Source: an uncultured Nitrososphaerota archaeon (GTDB lineage Archaea > Thermoproteota > Nitrososphaeria > Nitrososphaerales > Gagatemarchaeaceae). Taken from it: a stretch of DNA of 64,000 bases. Made by a program: the position numbers and the translations under genes. The notes below the pieces were generated by a model. It did not search any database. It was not told where the DNA came from and saw nothing but the letters and a program-made list of their open reading frames with translations. Location of the stretch: contig CAVRAG010000008.1 in the NCBI GenBank assembly GCA_963718895.1, positions 992,001 through 1,056,000 of the forward strand, read 5' to 3'. Shown here one piece after another: positions 21,768 through 31,304 of the stretch; position 1 is the stretch's first letter, and the number at the start of each line of letters is the position of its first letter.

Positions 21768-22229
21768 TTGGGTCCGAACAGGAGGTCGCCGTATTTGAAG
21801 ACGATATTTGCGCTCGCAGCGTTGGCGCTGCTAATTTCCGCCGGGATCGGAGGCTATATTCTGGCGACCGATACAATTCTCTGGCAAGACGCCCCCACGC
21901 ATGCGGACGGGCTCATCGCGTTCGTCGTTCTGGACCTGGGGCTGATCCTCGGCCTCTGGTGGAAGCCCAGACTCGCCACAATCGGCATTACCCTGCTTGC
22001 TCTGATTCAGCTCGGCGCGATGGGTGCCGACGCCTTCATCGGTCAGTCAGTGGGGACGACAATAAGCTCGCAGTCATTCCTGCAGAAACACCTGTTGGGG
22101 GACGCAGCCTTCATGTTCCTTCTCGGCGTTCAGGCCCTACTGATAGCGATCGGTATCGCCGCCATTATCGTGGGACGTCGATCTTCGCCCGTGACCTCGC
22201 CCCTGACACTCCCGAAGCCGGGCGCCTGA
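21768..22229 (+). CDS. Four-TM membrane protein of unknown function
   Basis: Four hydrophobic segments; divergent from the Rieske gene. Confidence 0.7.
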   Translation: MGPNRRSPYLKTIFALAALALLISAGIGGYILATDTILWQDAPTHADGLIAFVVLDLGLILGLWWKPRLATIGITLLALIQLGAMGADAFIGQSVGTTISSQSFLQKHLLGDAAFMFLLGVQALLIAIGIAAIIVGRRSSPVTSPLTLPKPGA

Positions 22230-22384
22230 TTCCGCGGTCCGGCAGACACGGCTCCGCACGATTGCACCAGCACTCAACCTAGCGCGCCCGCCGGTCAGTC
22301 GTGTCCAGCGGGGGGCCCGGCCGGCAGCAGACGGCCCAACCCAGAGTATCCTTAAATTTCGACCGGATTCGCGGGGGTCACCCC

Positions 22385-23224
22385 ATGGAAGTGAAGATCG
22401 GGCTCGTCCAGATGAAGATGGCAGAGGATCGCCAGAAGAACCTCAGCAGCGCCGTCCGCATGGTCGGCGCGGCCGCCCGCGAGGGAGCGCAGATAGTCTG
22501 CCTCCCCGAGCTCTTCGACGTACCGTACTTTCCTCAGGAAGAGAGGTCTGAGATAGAGCCCGAGAAGATTCCCAACGACGCGACCGAGGCGCTCTCGCAG
22601 GCGGCCAGGACGAACGGGGTCGTGCTGGTCGGAGGGTCGCTCTACGAGAAGTCGAGGGGGAAGACCTACAACACCGCTACGGTCTACGACGAGCGCGGCA
22701 GACTGTTGGGGTCCTATCGCAAGGTGCACATCCCGCAGGATCCGGGTTTCTACGAGCAGGACTACTTCGCGCCAGGGGAGGTCTACCAGGTCTTCGAGAC
22801 CAAGTTCGGGAAGGTCGGCGTCCTCATATGTTTCGACCAGTGGTATCCCGAGGCGGCCAGGGCAAACAAGCTTCTCGGGGCGGACTTCCTCTTCTACCCT
22901 ACGGCCATAGGAACGGTGAAGGGCATCGACCAGGCCGAGGGCGACTGGCAGGAGGCTTGGGAGACAGTGCAGCGGGGACACGCAATCGCCAACAGCATCG
23001 TGGTGGCGGCCGTCAACAGGGTGGGAGTCGAGAAGGACACGACGTTCTGGGGTGGGTCTTTCGTCAGCGACCAGTTCGGGAAGCTGCTTGTGCGGGGCGG
23101 AGATGCGGAGCAGGTGCTCGTCGCCGCCTGCGACGTAGGACTGGGACGGGACATCGAACGCGGCTGGGGCTTCCTCAGGAACAGAAAGCCGGCCACCTAC
23201 ATGGGGCTGGTTGGCTCGCCATGA
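22385..23224 (+). CDS. aguB: N-carbamoylputrescine amidohydrolase (carbon-nitrogen hydrolase)
   Basis: LPELF, YRKVHIP, ICFDQWYPE, YPTAIG; adjacent to agmatine deiminase. Confidence 0.85.
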   Translation: MEVKIGLVQMKMAEDRQKNLSSAVRMVGAAAREGAQIVCLPELFDVPYFPQEERSEIEPEKIPNDATEALSQAARTNGVVLVGGSLYEKSRGKTYNTATVYDERGRLLGSYRKVHIPQDPGFYEQDYFAPGEVYQVFETKFGKVGVLICFDQWYPEAARANKLLGADFLFYPTAIGTVKGIDQAEGDWQEAWETVQRGHAIANSIVVAAVNRVGVEKDTTFWGGSFVSDQFGKLLVRGGDAEQVLVAACDVGLGRDIERGWGFLRNRKPATYMGLVGSP

Positions 23225-24261
23225 GCGGGATCGTGACGCCTCTGTCCCAGAGGTATTCCATGCCGGCGGAGTGGGGAAGACACGACGCAACTTGGCTCGC
23301 CTGGCCGAAGGACCCTCTCACGTTCCCGGAGGAGGTCCTAGGGAAGGTCGAGGAGACCTACACGAAGATGGTGGCCGCGCTCACGCTGGGGGAGCGGGTG
23401 AACCTCCTGGTCGACGACGAAGTGATGGAACAGAGGGTCTCCGGAATCCTCGGCGAGAACGAGCGGGTCTGCTACCACAGGATAAGGACGGCCGACGTCT
23501 GGATGAGGGATTACGGCCCCATCTTCGTCAGAAAGGAGGACGGAAAGCTGGCCGCGACCAAATGGACATTCAACGCCTGGGGGAACAAGTACGACGAGCT
23601 GCTGGCCGACAACCGCGCCGGGATGGATGTGGCGAGGGCCTCCGGGGTAGAGGTCCTGGAACCGGGGGTGGTGCTGGAGGGCGGATCGATCGACGCCAAC
23701 GGGCGCGGGAGCTGCCTGACGACGGAGCAGTGTCTGCTCAACAGGAACCGCAACCCCCAGCTAACTAGAGAACAGATCCAGGGCTACCTGCAACGGTACC
23801 TCGGGTTCACCAACTTCCTCTGGCTCAGGGAGGGCATAGTGGGCGACGACACGGACGGCCACGTCGACGACATCGCCAGGTTCGTCGACGAGAGGAGGGT
23901 GGTCTGCATGGTGGAAGAAGACCCCCTCGACGGGAACTACGAGGCGCTGAGGCAGAACCTCGCCTTGCTGAGGACCGCGAAGGACGAGCGGGGAAGGGAC
24001 CTTGAGGTAGTGCCGGTCTCGATGCCCCGGAAGAGGGTGGGAGGAGACGAGAGGCTACCCGCAAGCTATGCCAACTTCTACATCGGCAACTCTGTCGTCC
24101 TAGTCCCCACGTTCGACGACGCGAACGACGGTCCGGCTCTCGAGAAGCTAGCGGAGGCCTTCCCGGGAAGAAAGGTCGTTGGAATAGACTGTGAAGCGCT
24201 CGTGTACGGCTTCGGCGGGATACACTGCGTAACCCAGCAGCAGCCGGGCGCGACGGTCTGA
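23221..24261 (+). CDS. aguA: Agmatine deiminase
   Basis: MPAEW, WMRDYGP, EGGSID, DTDGHVD, ASYANF, GGIHCVTQQ. Confidence 0.93.
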   Translation: MSGIVTPLSQRYSMPAEWGRHDATWLAWPKDPLTFPEEVLGKVEETYTKMVAALTLGERVNLLVDDEVMEQRVSGILGENERVCYHRIRTADVWMRDYGPIFVRKEDGKLAATKWTFNAWGNKYDELLADNRAGMDVARASGVEVLEPGVVLEGGSIDANGRGSCLTTEQCLLNRNRNPQLTREQIQGYLQRYLGFTNFLWLREGIVGDDTDGHVDDIARFVDERRVVCMVEEDPLDGNYEALRQNLALLRTAKDERGRDLEVVPVSMPRKRVGGDERLPASYANFYIGNSVVLVPTFDDANDGPALEKLAEAFPGRKVVGIDCEALVYGFGGIHCVTQQQPGATV

Positions 24262-24351
24262 GAGCAGGCCCACACCCACCGATTCCGAGTCTCATGCCCA
24301 TCGAGACTACCCAAAGATTATAATCTTCCACGGCCTCCTGGAGGCGACTAG

Positions 24352-25068
24352 ATGACCTCTCAGAAGAAGATCGTTGTGTCGAAGGACGGGCCATATCTCG
24401 TCTCGGGAGACGTTCCAATAAGCATGCAGATCATAACCCCGAACGAAGACGGTCTTTCCTGGGAATGGAAGGAGGCAAAGGCGTTCAGGACGGGAAGGAG
24501 CTATTCGCTCTGTCGTTGCGGGCACTCAAAGAACAAGCCGTTCTGTGATGACACCCACAAAAAGATCCGCTTCGACGGTACGGAGACCGCGACGCGCCAG
24601 CCTTTCGCACGGCAGGCGGAGGTCTTCGACGGTCCAGTCCTCACCCTCGAGGATGCCGAGGAGCTCTGCGCCTTCGCACGCTTCTGCGACCCCGGCGGCA
24701 AGATCTGGAGCCTGATTGGCGAGTCGGACGATCCCGAAGCGCGCAAGCTCGCGATCAGGGAGGCGGCCCACTGTCCCTCCGGAAGGCTGGTGGTCCACAA
24801 CAAGAAGACGAGGGAGGAGATCGAACCGAAGCTTCCAGAATCCATCGGCGTCGTGGAGGACCCGGCCCTCGGGTGCAGCGGACCGCTATGGGTCCGCGGC
24901 GGGATAACGATCGAGTCGGAGAACGGGGTGCCTTTCGAGAAGAGGAACCGTGTGGCGCTCTGCAGATGCGGCGCGTCCGTCAACAAGCCGTTCTGCAACG
25001 GAAGCCACGCGAGCATCAAGTTCAGAGACGGGCTCGTCGAGTTCGTAAGGCTGAAGCAAGACGAGTAG
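24352..25068 (+). CDS. CDGSH iron-sulfur domain protein with a central divergent ferredoxin domain
   Basis: CRCGHSKNKPFCDDTH, CAFARFC..CPSG, CRCGASVNKPFCNGSH. Confidence 0.9.
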   Translation: MTSQKKIVVSKDGPYLVSGDVPISMQIITPNEDGLSWEWKEAKAFRTGRSYSLCRCGHSKNKPFCDDTHKKIRFDGTETATRQPFARQAEVFDGPVLTLEDAEELCAFARFCDPGGKIWSLIGESDDPEARKLAIREAAHCPSGRLVVHNKKTREEIEPKLPESIGVVEDPALGCSGPLWVRGGITIESENGVPFEKRNRVALCRCGASVNKPFCNGSHASIKFRDGLVEFVRLKQDE

Positions 25069-25246
25069 AACTAGTCCGGATGGCCGCGCAATCTGCACTT
25101 GGAGCGCGGACCCTGGTGGTGAATTGTTCCTGAAGCTCCTGGCATACTCCAGGCTCTGAAGTGGGTCAGCTCAATCGTCTGGTCAATGCGGACTTGTGGA
25201 GGTTCCGAGGAGTGCGCTTGGGCCTGAGGCGGCCTGGCGGCTCGCT

Positions 25247-25417
25247 CTATCTCTTGCCCTCTGCCTGCTTCAGCTCCTTCATCCTCAAGATGTACATCCG
25301 GATCGCTTCGTCGACGATCTCGGCCCTGCTTCTATATCCCCATGCCTCGCTGAAGCCGTCGAGGGTCTTTGCGAGCTCCTCTGGAATCTTCACCGTAGCG
25401 TATCGACCCCTAGGCAT
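25247..25417 (-). CDS. 56-aa ribbon-helix-helix (CopG-like) protein, absent from the ORF track
   Basis: Hand translation MPRGRYATVKIPEELAKTLDGFSEAWGYRSRAEIVDEAIRMYILRMKELKQAEGKR*. Confidence 0.8.
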   Translation of the reverse strand: MPRGRYATVKIPEELAKTLDGFSEAWGYRSRAEIVDEAIRMYILRMKELKQAEGKR

Positions 25418-25589
25418 GTTTCCACCTTAAAGGATGTGGCGGGGCCTGGGTCCTCGCCCCTTGAACCGATGCGACCGAGAGCAAGATGACGAGCACGCAA
25501 TCGGGACGCCGGCAGAGCTCCTACTGCGCGCTGTCATCAGCTTCTCCTTCACGTCGAGCTCGGCGGCTAGACAAACGCTCATTGCCGGT

Positions 25590-27332
25590 CTACGACGTCC
25601 ACGGGTTTTCGGTCGCCGCGTTGTGACCGGAGATCTGCCCGAACACGATTAGTTCGCCGTTGTGTGAGACGGTGTCGAGGACCGAGCCCCTGATGGAGCC
25701 GAGCTCTCCCGCGCTGTAGAGTCTCGGAATCGGCTCGTAATCCGGGCCGCAGACCTGCCCCTGCCCATTTCGGATGGGACCCGCGAATGCTGCCTCGCCT
25801 CCTGGCCACAGGGCCATGGCGTAGAACGGCGGCGTCACTATCGGGATTAGCGAGGATGCAGTCCTCCCGAACTGGGGATCGAGCTTCGCCGCGCAGTAGC
25901 CGTTGTAGGTGTTGATGGTGTTCGCTAGGTTGGTTGCGCTCATCGTGACTGTAATCTCCGCTGGAAGGGCCGCGTTGTTTGTCCCGGGCGCTAAGCTGAC
26001 GAACGTGGTGCTGTTTATCGCCGCGGCCAGGGTGGGGATGTCCTGACCCTTGAGAATCCAACCCTTGCTTATCTCCACGCTGTTGTCGCTGCTCCATGTC
26101 GGCCGTGCATCGAGGTAGGCTGGAAGGCTCCCGCTGGACCCGCTGGAGATGGCGCCGGCCTTCCTGCACGTCTCATCGAATATGATGAAGGAGGGAATGC
26201 GGGTGTACTCGGGAACGGAGAGGTTGAAGTCGGAGAGGTTCAGGTAGGTGTTGGTTCGGTTGATGTTCGGTTCGTTCATGAACCTGTTCCCGTACTTGTC
26301 GACATAGATCCACCCGTGCTGGGCCGGGGCGCTCATGCCGAATGATTGGGCATAGGCCGGGAACCACGGCACCATAGTTGCCGCGACGCAGTCGTTATGC
26401 CATATCCCGGCTCCGACGCTCTCAGCCATGACCAGCCCGTCTCCGGTGGAGAAAGCCCAGCCCTGGAAGTGCGCGGGATAGGATCTGAAGTAGTTCAGCT
26501 TGAGCTGCTCGTTGAACTCTATGCTACCGGTGCAGAGCACCACAGCCCGATTGGCTCTGATGTTCAGCATCTCGCTCCCGTAGGCGAGGGCCTGGACGCC
26601 GACCACCTCCCTTGTCGATGGATTCTGAATCAGGCTTGTTGCCGGGGTGTTGAACAGGACCGGGATGTTTCTGCTCGTCACCGCCGCGTCAAGGGCCGTG
26701 AAGAAGGCGAAGCCGCCGCCGGCTATGGACCCGCTATTGATTGTTGACGCGCCTGCGACCGCAGGAAAACCCGCACCCCCTGAGCTGGTAGTGAATTTTA
26801 TCCCCATTTGGGTGAGCCAAGCTGGAATTTGGCTGGCGACACTCGCCCACGCCTGACACGTGGTCATCGGGGTCGCTCCCCACGAAGTCTGGTAGAGGTA
26901 TGTCGCACCCAAGGTTGGGTCAACCGGATAGTCAAGGTGTCCGCCATTCATGGACGTGCTGCCACCTCCGCCTGAGATTGCGGGGTTCTGCACCCCCAGA
27001 GAGGCGTAGCTTGGCGTCTTCTCCAGGATGAGGACGTTGGCGCCCAAATCAAAGGCGGTGATGGCCGCTACCGCTCCAGCCCCGCCGTACCCGACGACGA
27101 TTACGTCGGCCGTCTGGGACCATTTGGACGGCAACTGAATCGGCTGCGCGTCCGATCTCCTCCCTAACATCGCGCTTGCGCCCGCCGAGGCCGGCGCACC
27201 CGGGGCATTCGGCGCGAAGCCCTTCGCTCCTGCCACAGCACTCAGCACTGCGGCGCTTGCGGCACCCGCTGCGACTGTTCCGACGAACTGTCGTCTCGAA
27301 AGCTTCTTGCTAGTGATCGACTCTTCGGTCAT
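25590..27332 (-). CDS. Tat-exported FAD-binding oxidoreductase (FAD_binding_2 family)
   Basis: SRRQFVG, DVIVVGYGGAG, LILEK, STGDG, YVDKYGNRF, IPRLYSAGE. Confidence 0.88.
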   Translation of the reverse strand: MTEESITSKKLSRRQFVGTVAAGAASAAVLSAVAGAKGFAPNAPGAPASAGASAMLGRRSDAQPIQLPSKWSQTADVIVVGYGGAGAVAAITAFDLGANVLILEKTPSYASLGVQNPAISGGGGSTSMNGGHLDYPVDPTLGATYLYQTSWGATPMTTCQAWASVASQIPAWLTQMGIKFTTSSGGAGFPAVAGASTINSGSIAGGGFAFFTALDAAVTSRNIPVLFNTPATSLIQNPSTREVVGVQALAYGSEMLNIRANRAVVLCTGSIEFNEQLKLNYFRSYPAHFQGWAFSTGDGLVMAESVGAGIWHNDCVAATMVPWFPAYAQSFGMSAPAQHGWIYVDKYGNRFMNEPNINRTNTYLNLSDFNLSVPEYTRIPSFIIFDETCRKAGAISSGSSGSLPAYLDARPTWSSDNSVEISKGWILKGQDIPTLAAAINSTTFVSLAPGTNNAALPAEITVTMSATNLANTINTYNGYCAAKLDPQFGRTASSLIPIVTPPFYAMALWPGGEAAFAGPIRNGQGQVCGPDYEPIPRLYSAGELGSIRGSVLDTVSHNGELIVFGQISGHNAATENPWTS

Positions 27333-27486
27333 GTCTGTGATTCCTGTGAGCCATCCGTGAGTCACAGAATATTAATGCATCCGTGCATTTGCTCGCAATT
27401 GCGAACAGGCACCTATGAGTAGATTCGAAATCTACTCAGACTCGGGTCACCACGCGAGGACGAGATGGTGTTGCGATTGGGCGCCC

Positions 27487-28209
27487 TCAGGGAAGCAGTT
27501 TCTCCCTGCTGATCAGCCGGCTCGAAGAGAAGTACATCAGGACTGAGAGGGCGGCAACTATTCCGGCTAGGAGCAGATCGATCTCCAGAGCGACCGAAGG
27601 TGCGACGACAGAGACCAGATAGGCCGGCATGACGATCAAGACGCCAACCGCCATCCCGAGAGGCTGGTTCGAGCCCACCCTCTGCTTCTGGAGGGAACTG
27701 AACGACATCATGATCAGCGTGCCAAACGCAACCGCCGGGAGAGCCAGTGCCAGGACCAGCCCGGAGACCTCCACCAGAATCGGCCATCCCAGGCCCTCTG
27801 CCAGACCCGCAGCCGTACCCACGACGACCTCGAAGCCCACTAGGCCTGAGGCGAGAATCAGCGCTGCCTTTAGGTACTGACGATAGATTTCCCCCTGGTC
27901 CATCCCCAGAGACAGGAAGTATTCGAGGACTCCGTTGTTCTTGTCGTAGACGTAGAGCAGGAGGACTGGGGTCGAGAAGAGAATCGCCGAAAGGACCTGT
28001 AGTGCGACCGAGAGCAGGGGGAGGGTCGTAGAGAGGTCAAGGCTGCCCGTCGCGTTGGCGGGGATTCCAGAGGTCGAGACATTGCCGACTATCCCGGACA
28101 GCCCGGTCAGAAGCGCGCTGACCAGTGCCATGCCTATGCCCAGTATGGGGTAGGTCTTGGAGAGGGAGACGCTCCTCTTCGCGATTGTCGTGCCTTGACC
28201 GGTCGTCAA
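27487..28209 (-). CDS. Probable ABC exporter permease
   Basis: About six TM helices; translationally coupled to an ABC ATPase. Confidence 0.75.
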   Translation of the reverse strand: MTTGQGTTIAKRSVSLSKTYPILGIGMALVSALLTGLSGIVGNVSTSGIPANATGSLDLSTTLPLLSVALQVLSAILFSTPVLLLYVYDKNNGVLEYFLSLGMDQGEIYRQYLKAALILASGLVGFEVVVGTAAGLAEGLGWPILVEVSGLVLALALPAVAFGTLIMMSFSSLQKQRVGSNQPLGMAVGVLIVMPAYLVSVVAPSVALEIDLLLAGIVAALSVLMYFSSSRLISREKLLP

Positions 28210-29102
28210 TTCTGGTTCTCGGCGCTCCCTTCCTTCCTTGTGGCGAAGCCTCGTGGGTGGTTATCCTCGAAGAGGTCCTGGAGCGGGTTGTCCAGCTCAC
28301 GCATCTCCGTCACGAGCACTCCGTTCTCGACGAGCTTCCTCAGGACGACACCCGCATCCTCCGGCGTCGGGACGCTAAGGACATAGTAGCCGCCTTCGAG
28401 TCTGGCGTCGACCATACCGGAGATATCCGTCGTCGTCCTGATCCCGACCCTGTACTCCTTCGATCTAATGTTGGATATCTTGTCGAAGTAGCCTATCGTC
28501 CCGTCACGCACGAGGATCAGGTTCGTCCCGACGTCCTTGGCTTCGTAGAGGTTGTGCGAGGAATAGAGGACAATCCTGTCCTTCGAGAGTCTCAGGAGGA
28601 TGTCCCTTATCTCCTTCGAGACCGCGGGGTCGAGGCTCGATGTGGGTTCGTCGAGCAGGTACAGGTCCCTTTCTCGCAAGAAGACCTTGGCGATCGATAC
28701 CCTCTTCTTCTGTCCCTGGGACAGGTCTGAGACCTTCTTGTCCTTGAGCTCCTCGAGGTTCAGGAGGGAGATGACCTCGTCAGGGCTCCCGCCTTCAATC
28801 CTCGCGTAGAACTCGAGGGCACCGCGGACCGTCATCTCCTCAGGTATGGCGTTGTAGTGCGAGAGGTAGTTGATCCTCCTCCTCGCCTCCTTCGACCTCG
28901 TCAGGTCTTCGCCGTCGAACAGCACCTCTCCGGAGTAGGGCTCTAGTATTCCTGCAATCGTCCTGAACAGTGTGGTCTTTCCTGCGCCGTTTGGACCCAA
29001 GACGACGTAGATCGCGGACTCTTGGGCTTTGAAGGAGATGTCGTGGAGGACCGTCTTCCCCTCGTACCCCGAGCTCACTCCTGCGAGTTCCAGCGTGGGC
29101 AA
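28206..29102 (-). CDS. ABC transporter ATP-binding protein
   Basis: GPNGAGKT, LSQGQ, LLDEP. Confidence 0.92.
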   Translation of the reverse strand: MPTLELAGVSSGYEGKTVLHDISFKAQESAIYVVLGPNGAGKTTLFRTIAGILEPYSGEVLFDGEDLTRSKEARRRINYLSHYNAIPEEMTVRGALEFYARIEGGSPDEVISLLNLEELKDKKVSDLSQGQKKRVSIAKVFLRERDLYLLDEPTSSLDPAVSKEIRDILLRLSKDRIVLYSSHNLYEAKDVGTNLILVRDGTIGYFDKISNIRSKEYRVGIRTTTDISGMVDARLEGGYYVLSVPTPEDAGVVLRKLVENGVLVTEMRELDNPLQDLFEDNHPRGFATRKEGSAENQN

Positions 29103-29267
29103 CTCTGGGCATCACTTCGACGGGACCAGTTCGGTGCCCGGGTCAATCCCCTGCGGTGCGGCCTGTCGGCCGCATGGTGGGTCTCGGAGTTGCATTCTTC
29201 GATTACCTCGTCCGATTCTCGGGCTTTCGGAAGCCCTATTTATTCAGGGAGAACACGCTTTCATCCG

Positions 29268-29819
29268 ATGAAGACCGTCATCATTATGGACGACAGGGCG
29301 TCTGAGCTGCTCCTTGACGGCCTCAACCAGAGAGTGGTGAGGGAACTCGTGTTCTCCGAGTACGGGATCGCGGAACTATCGAGGAAGCTGAACGTCCCTC
29401 CGCTGAAGATCTGGAGGAGAATCCAGAAACTCGTCGACGCGAAGGTTGTCGAGGTCGCGCGGGTCGACACGATACGCAACCTCGAGAAGAAGATCTATCG
29501 GGCGACCGCCACCAACTTCGTCGCCCGACAGTTCCTCGACCTGAAACCAAAAGACAGGGCGCTGGGGAACGCGTTCAGGACCTACCTCGAGATCCAAGGC
29601 CAGCTCATGCGCAGGGTGTCATCGCTTGCGGACATTCCGAAGGGGGTGGACCCCATCGACTTCACCATCTACGCCGCGGTGAAGTCGTACTGTCAGGTCT
29701 TCCTTGATCCCAAACTGGAGGAGAAGCTCAGGCGGCTGGAGCGTGACATCGCCGAATTTGAGCAGGCCCAAAAGTTTCAGCCGGCATCGAAGGAATCTGT
29801 TGCGAATCAGGACTCCTGA
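29268..29819 (+). CDS. Winged helix-turn-helix transcriptional regulator
   Basis: GIAELSRKLNVPPLKIWRRIQKL..EKKIYRAT; divergent from the ABC genes. Confidence 0.8.
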   Translation: MKTVIIMDDRASELLLDGLNQRVVRELVFSEYGIAELSRKLNVPPLKIWRRIQKLVDAKVVEVARVDTIRNLEKKIYRATATNFVARQFLDLKPKDRALGNAFRTYLEIQGQLMRRVSSLADIPKGVDPIDFTIYAAVKSYCQVFLDPKLEEKLRRLERDIAEFEQAQKFQPASKESVANQDS

Positions 29820-30042
29820 ACCCGCGCGACTGCTCAGCTCCGGCGAGGAGGGCTCCTCGGACGTCGCCATTGGGACCCCAGCGGAGGTCTTGAGATGGCG
29901 CGTGCGACGCGTTCCAGGAACGAGGGGCCGTCCCTCCGGGCTCCCCGATGCCCTGGACGAAGGGCCATCGAGATGAACTCAGAGTAAAAGGCCACAAATT
30001 GCCTTAAATCTGTAATAGAGGCTGGAGGTGCGCTTTAATAAG

Positions 30043-30175
30043 TGCGGTCGCCGGGATTTGAACCCGGGCGTCTGGTCCCGTTTACGGGATTACCAGCTTG
30101 GCAAGCCTACACGCACTCTTCGCGCTTGATGTCCTGACCAGGCTGTCCTCCATTCGAGATCTAGACGACGACCGC
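30043..30175 (-). tRNA. tRNA-Gly(GCC) with three introns: 15/16 (30143-30160), 29/30 (30107-30126), 45/46 (30070-30090)
   Basis: Acceptor GCGGTCG/CGACCGC; spliced anticodon arm TCAGC-TTGCCAA-GCTGG; T arm CCGGG-TTCAAAT-CCCGG; each intron forms a BHB; 74 nt after splicing. Confidence 0.92.
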
Positions 30176-30222
30176 GCAGTCGTGAACACTCAAAAGTAGC
30201 GGATAAAAATGTGACGTACCGC

Positions 30223-30552
30223 CTAGACGACCTTTGTCCCGAGTGGCATCTCCTTGTCTGGGGTGACCAGGGAGAGGTCGGTCTCGGCGAACGCGGAGAG
30301 CATCATGCACTCGGAGATCACCCCGACGACCGACTTTGGCTCGAGGTTGACCACCGCGACGACGGTCTTGCCGAGCAGCTGCTCCTTGGTGTAGTAGGCC
30401 TTTATCCCGCCGGCGCACGTCTTGGTCCCGAGGGGTCCGAAGTCTATCTTGAACTTGTACAGCGGCTTCCTCGCCTGCGGAATGTCATCCACCTCGACGA
30501 TCCTCCCGACCCTTATGTCGAGCTGAGCGAAGACATCTATCGATACCGACAC
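30223..30552 (-). CDS. tRNA-binding OB-fold protein (CsaA/Trbp111-like)
   Basis: LDIRVGRI, VVNLEPK, ISECMML. Confidence 0.88.
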   Translation of the reverse strand: MSVSIDVFAQLDIRVGRIVEVDDIPQARKPLYKFKIDFGPLGTKTCAGGIKAYYTKEQLLGKTVVAVVNLEPKSVVGVISECMMLSAFAETDLSLVTPDKEMPLGTKVV

Positions 30553-30689
30553 GGACGAACCTCCGCCGAATATTCAGATAAGCTTTGGCGGGGTCTGACC
30601 TAGCTCGGGTCGGATGCGACGGATGGTCACCTTCTTCAGAACCGGAACCTTCTTTTCCTGGGAGGGACTACTGTGTCGAGGTGTCCTGA

Positions 30690-30947
30690 GTGAGCGATTT
30701 CTTCTTCGAACGCATGCGCAGAGAGCTGTTCATCCTCTTCGTGGAGGCCAGGAACGAGAAGGCCCAGCACGAGCTAGACGAGGAGGTCGAGAGGATCACA
30801 GGAAAGGAGTGCGACGACGCAGCCCGTGCGCTCTCGAAGGAGGAGTTCAAGAAGGTGGCTCAGGAGGCGATGGAGAATATCAGGAAGAGAAAGAAGAAGG
30901 TGGCGGACGGACCCTCGAGCCACGACGAGCTATTGGCCTACAGATGA
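30690..30947 (+). CDS. Hypothetical protein
   Basis: 85-aa helical ORF with genome-typical codon usage. Confidence 0.6.
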   Translation: MSDFFFERMRRELFILFVEARNEKAQHELDEEVERITGKECDDAARALSKEEFKKVAQEAMENIRKRKKKVADGPSSHDELLAYR

Positions 30948-31004
30948 GCCTTCCCAAAAAGGAAAAGTAGGAGTTCCTCCGGGAATAAATGGGGTAACCT
31001 CGCA

Positions 31005-31292
31005 ATGAGCGAAGAACAGTTTACTGAATGGGTAAACAGAAGGTCGCGCCTCCCCCTGGCAGTTCGGGGACACTCTCTGGTAATGAGGGGCGACAACCTC
31101 ATCCTCATCGACCGTGGTCAGTTCGTCTATGAAGAGGCGCTGCAACTGGTCAGGATGCTCAACTCTCGGAACCCCTTCAACCAAATCAGCGCAAACGTGA
31201 CGATCTGGGAGCGGAACGGGATGCTGCGCCTGTTGGCACTGGCCCTGGTCGCGCTGATACTCATCGTCGTGGTCCTGTTCGCCGTGCGCTAA
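31005..31292 (+). CDS. Hypothetical protein with C-terminal TM helix
   Basis: 95-aa ORF with upstream AT-rich box. Confidence 0.65.
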   Translation: MSEEQFTEWVNRRSRLPLAVRGHSLVMRGDNLILIDRGQFVYEEALQLVRMLNSRNPFNQISANVTIWERNGMLRLLALALVALILIVVVLFAVR

Positions 31293-31304
31293 GAGGCCGA
31301 AGCT

